DNA of 39,625 nucleotides, from positions 36,201,605 through 36,241,229 of the forward strand of contig NC_057719.1 of the NCBI RefSeq assembly GCF_004010195.1, read 5' to 3'. This DNA comes from Chiloscyllium plagiosum (Eukaryota). Positions 35,836 to 39,625 of the stretch are shown piece by piece; the first letter of the stretch is position 1, and the number at the start of each line of letters is the position of its first letter. Below the pieces are notes generated by a model that did no database searches, was not told the origin of the DNA, and saw only the letters and a program-made list of their open reading frames with translations. Made by a program: the position numbers and the translations under genes.

Positions 35836-36388
35836 ACTCTGGTGCGGCCGCATCTAGAGTATTGTGTGCAGTTTTGGTCGCCATACTATAGGAAGGATGT
35901 GGAGGCACTGGAACGGGTGCAGAGGAGGTTTACCAGGATGTTGCCTGGTATGGTAGAAAGATCGTATGAGGAAAGGCTGAGGCACTTGGGGTTGTTTTCA
36001 TTGGAGAAAAGAAGGTTTAGGGGTGACTTGATAGAGGTGTACAAGATGATTAGAGGTTTAGATAGGGTTGACAGTGAGAATCTTTTTCCACGTATGGAGT
36101 CAGCTATTACAAGGGGGCATAGCTTTAAATTAAGGGGGGTAGGTACAGGACAGGTGTTAGGGGTAGGTTCTTTACTCAGCGAGTTGTGAGTTCATGGAAT
36201 GCCCTGCCAGTAGCAGTGGTGGACTCTCCCTCATTATGGGCATTTAAGCGGGCATTGGATAGGCATATGGAGGATAGTGGGCTAGTGTAGGTTGGGTGGG
36301 CTTGGATCGGCGCAACATCGAGGGCCGAAGGGCCTGTACTGCGCTGTATTCTTCTATGTTCTATATGTTCTATGTTCTATGTTCTATG
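35836..36388 (+). mobile_element. Young CR1 LINE 3' end with (ctatgtt)n tail
   Basis: VRPHLEYCVQFWSPYYRKDVEALERVQRRFTRMLPGM..TRGHSFKL, with CpGs retained and a tail at 36353-36388. Confidence 0.95.
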
Positions 36389-37469
36389 AATGCACTGAAG
36401 AACGAGTCTCAGACGTGAATACCTCCTTACCAAAATGGTTATTCTGGTCTGGAAGATCACACACATGAAAAAACACTGTTTAAATGATAAGGCACTGACA
36501 CATAATCCAAAGAGAAACAATGAAAGTAGTATTAGTGGAAAAGAGATAAAATTAAAATAAAAGGGTAGTTGGCTGTTATGTCTAAATGTTACCAAGAAGA
36601 AGAGACATGGACTCTGGGAGCAAGTTATGGTGGACTGAGTGGAAGGTTTCCCATCTCCAGCGGTCATATGGTACATGTACCCCAGTGTTCAAACCAGTAG
36701 GTGAAATTGTCCTGTGCTAGGACAGTTAATGTATGCAAAAGAAGGCCCAGCGAAGACTTGGGTGGTGCAGGAGAGTGAAGTAAAGGAACCCTGGGGAAAA
36801 AAGCAGGAAGCATAAGCAGAATGTAACACAAATGTTTACTGCTTTATTGACAGCAGGAATAGGTACAATACATTCTATACATTCATACAAACAATACATT
36901 CAAATCTTCTCAAAACTCGCTAAGATCAATGGAGATTAAGACACTATAAAATATGATTGCTAAGGTTGGATAACTAACTAGGGAAGCTATTAAATTATCT
37001 ACTGTATGGACCAAACCTAGCACAAAGTAATTTTGCAAATTGGTTTCTGACTTACATGGTTTGGAAGTTTGCTAATAGCATCATCTGGGAATCAGAACCA
37101 GAAGGATCTTACTGCCAAAGATGGTCAACACATTGTGATTTGTTAGAGCTATACAGTTTGTCACAATGGCATGAACTAACCACTTCATTGTTATCCAGAC
37201 ACTGGTGTTTTCTAGCAAATGGCTAGATGATAACAACCAATCCCACTGGAAAATGATTGTGAACAATGGCCAGAAGGTCTACAATCCCCTTACTATATCC
37301 CTACCTTCATAGTCTGTTCATTGCAGCATAGCAGGGGTACGTGCACAAGGAGGAATGTCACAGATATTGACAAAATTGGCTCTAATTATGCGTATGTGAA
37401 CAACACACAAACTGTCTGTCTTAATGATAAGAGAGAGGAATTATCTACCAATTTATGTAAGGACCAAAT

Positions 37470-38132
37470 TTATAGATTCATACAGTCATACAGCACGGAA
37501 GCAGACCCTTCGGTCCAACTCATCCGTGCTGACCAGGTTTTCCAAACTAAACTAGTTTAACTTACCTGCATATGGTCTATATCCCTCTAAACCTTTCCTA
37601 ATCATGCACCTGTCCAAATGTCTTTTACATGTTGTAACTGTTCCTGCATCTACCACTTCCTCTGGCTGTTCATTCCACAAACGAACCACCCTCTGTGTGA
37701 AAAGTATGCCCCTCAGGTGCTTTTTTAATCTTCCTCCTCTCATCTTAAAAATATGCCTCCTAATTCTGAAATCTCCCACCCTCAGGAAAAGACCTTTCAT
37801 TTTCACCTTACCTATGTCCTTCATGATTTTATAAATTTCTATAAGGTCACCCCTCAAGCTCCTATGCTCCTGAGGAAAAAGGTCTCATCCTATCCAGCCT
37901 CTCCTTATAACTCAAACCTTCCAGTCCTGGTAACATTCTGGTCAATCTTTTCTAGACCCTCTCCAGTTTAGCAGTATCCTTCCAAAGCAGGATGACCAGA
38001 ACTAGACACAGTACTCCAAAATGGCTTCACCAACATCCTATATAACCTCAACGTAACGTCCCAACACCTGTACTCAATGGTCTGAGCAATGAAGGCAAGC
38101 ATTCTAAACACCTTCTTAACTATTCTGTCTAC
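37470..38132 (-). mobile_element. CR1 LINE 3' portion
   Basis: RGDLIEIYKIMK..FTQRVVRLWNEQPEEVVDAG. Confidence 0.92.
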
Positions 38133-38189
38133 CCTGTACAATTAGACATAAACCTTACGTAATTAAAGAATGGGAGGCAATGACTGTGT

Positions 38190-38990
38190 ATTGCCTGGGG
38201 ATTGGTCCATTTGCTCCATTGATTTATCCACATTCAGACCTTTCAGCTCACCAGCACTTTCTCCTTAGTGATGGCCACTGCACTCACCTCTGCCCCTGGC
38301 TTTTCTGAAGTTCTGGTATGCTACTGGTATCTTCCACAAATGAAGCAAATTAATTGTTCAATTCCTGCTTTTTCTTTGTTCCCCATTACTACTTCTCTTT
38401 TTCCAGCAGTCCAATGTTCACTCTTGGCTTTCTCTTACCTTTCCTATGTCTCCCTATGCAGAACTTACTCTCTGAAGCACTTTAAGAGTTTATCTGTCTG
38501 TCCCTTCTGTTCCATACATTTTGTTTTTACATACATTGATGTACGTTTCTATTGCCAGAACGCATATGTTTGGTTTTAAATCTGTGTCCATCCACACCTC
38601 TGCCTTTTTATTAACTTAAAGCCATTTTTCCCTCTTTGGACAATATTTGCTGATGTACTCTAATGTTTGTATATTCTCCTTTCCGTAACCTATTTTACTA
38701 CCCTGTGCTATTTCCTTGTCATTTCTGTTTAATTTCTAATCTGCCCTCAGCTGAATAATTCCTTCCACTATCTGGTTTCAAATCCTCTCTGCAACCTGAA
38801 TTTTCACTTGCCAGGATCCTAGTGCAAATCAAGAGAAGATCTTTGCAATGATACAACTCCCATTTCCTCCAGTGCTGGTTTTGGGGCCGCAGGAATGGAA
38901 ACCCATTTCTCCCATACCAATCTTTGTGCCACACATTCAACTCTTTGGTTTCATCTACTTGCGGCTCAGGTAGTAGTCAAGAGATGATTG
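38190..38990 (-). mobile_element. Old CR1 remnant including an ORF1 esterase-like segment
   Basis: NVWHKDWYGRNGFPFL..W..WELY..KDLLL..TRILA (38719-38940) resembles the SGNH-esterase C-terminus of CR1 ORF1. ORF2-like traces lie at 38190-38430. Confidence 0.6.
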
Positions 38991-39004
38991 CCATTGTGAA
39001 AAGA

Positions 39005-39128
39005 AAAACGAAAGAACTGCGGACACTGGAAGTCAGAAACAAAATCAGAACTTGCTGAAAAACTTCAGCAGATCAGGCAGCATCTGTGGAGAGAAAGCAG
39101 AAGGTAACATTTCAGACCCTTTCTGAAG
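39005..39128 (-). mobile_element. PLE 3' terminal fragment
   Basis: gaactgcggacactggaagtcagaaacaaaa...ggcagcatctgtggagagaaagcaga, the same family as 11840-11936. Confidence 0.7.
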
Positions 39129-39367
39129 ATGACACAATACAATGCATTCCTGGTATTGCTTCACAGATCAGTAATTCTTTTCCAGGTGTTAGAACCACTG
39201 AACCCAGTAGCAGTTTTAGCATTGATAAGACCAAGAAGGCTAAGAAGGGGATGGAAGAGAAGAAAAGAAGAGCAGAAACAGCAAAATCACGGACATGAGG
39301 TTCAGGAGCTGTATCTATGGATGATCAAGCAGTTCATAAAGAGGCAAACCAAACTGTGCAGTGACAT

Positions 39368-39625
39368 TGGATCAGTGGTGCTGGAAGAGCACAGCAATTC
39401 AGGCAGCATCCGAGGACAGGCAAAATCGACGTTTCGGGCAAAAGCCCTTCATCAGGAATAAAGGCAGAGAGCCTGAAGCGTGGAGAGATAAGCTAGAGGA
39501 GGGTGGGGGTGGGGAGAGAGTGGCATAGAGTACAATAGGTCAGGGGGGAAGGAGATGAAGGTGATAGGTCAGGGAGGAGAGGGGGGAGTGGATAGGTGGA
39601 AAAGGAGCTGGGCAGGTCCGACAAG
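39368..39625 (-). mobile_element. PLE pseudo-LTR running off the window end
   Basis: tggatcagtggtgctggaagagcacagcaattcaggcagcatcc is almost identical to the palindrome arm at 26081-26124. It continues into a hammerhead motif and a purine-rich tract. Confidence 0.88.
39424..39459 (-). ncRNA. Minimal type I hammerhead ribozyme motif, intact core
   Basis: Minus strand reads attc-CTGATGA-a-GGGC-tttt-GCCC-GAAA-cg-TC-gatt. Predicted cleavage is between 39428 and 39427. Confidence 0.8.

Overview
Eukaryotic, repeat-dense non-coding DNA, very likely from a shark (elasmobranch), judged from recognisable HE1-type and SacSINE1-type SINEs and CR1 LINEs. No intact host protein-coding gene can be supported, and the listed ORFs are mostly transposon remnants or chance ORFs. 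The window holds one tRNA-Thr(CGT) gene with an atypical T-loop, many CR1 fragments, a near full-length decayed Rex1/Babar LINE, the 5' part of an RTE LINE, a decayed hAT transposase, a probable solo LTR and several Penelope-like elements (PLEs). The most interesting signal is in the PLEs. Their terminal repeats carry minimal hammerhead ribozyme (HHR) motifs, two with intact cores. One 161-bp TSD-flanked insertion is a near-perfect palindrome whose symmetry centre falls at the predicted HHR cleavage site. Another PLE copy contains 18 exact copies of a 26-bp piece of its own ORF. Family names come from recalled consensus motifs, not database searches, and boundaries of old repeats are approximate.
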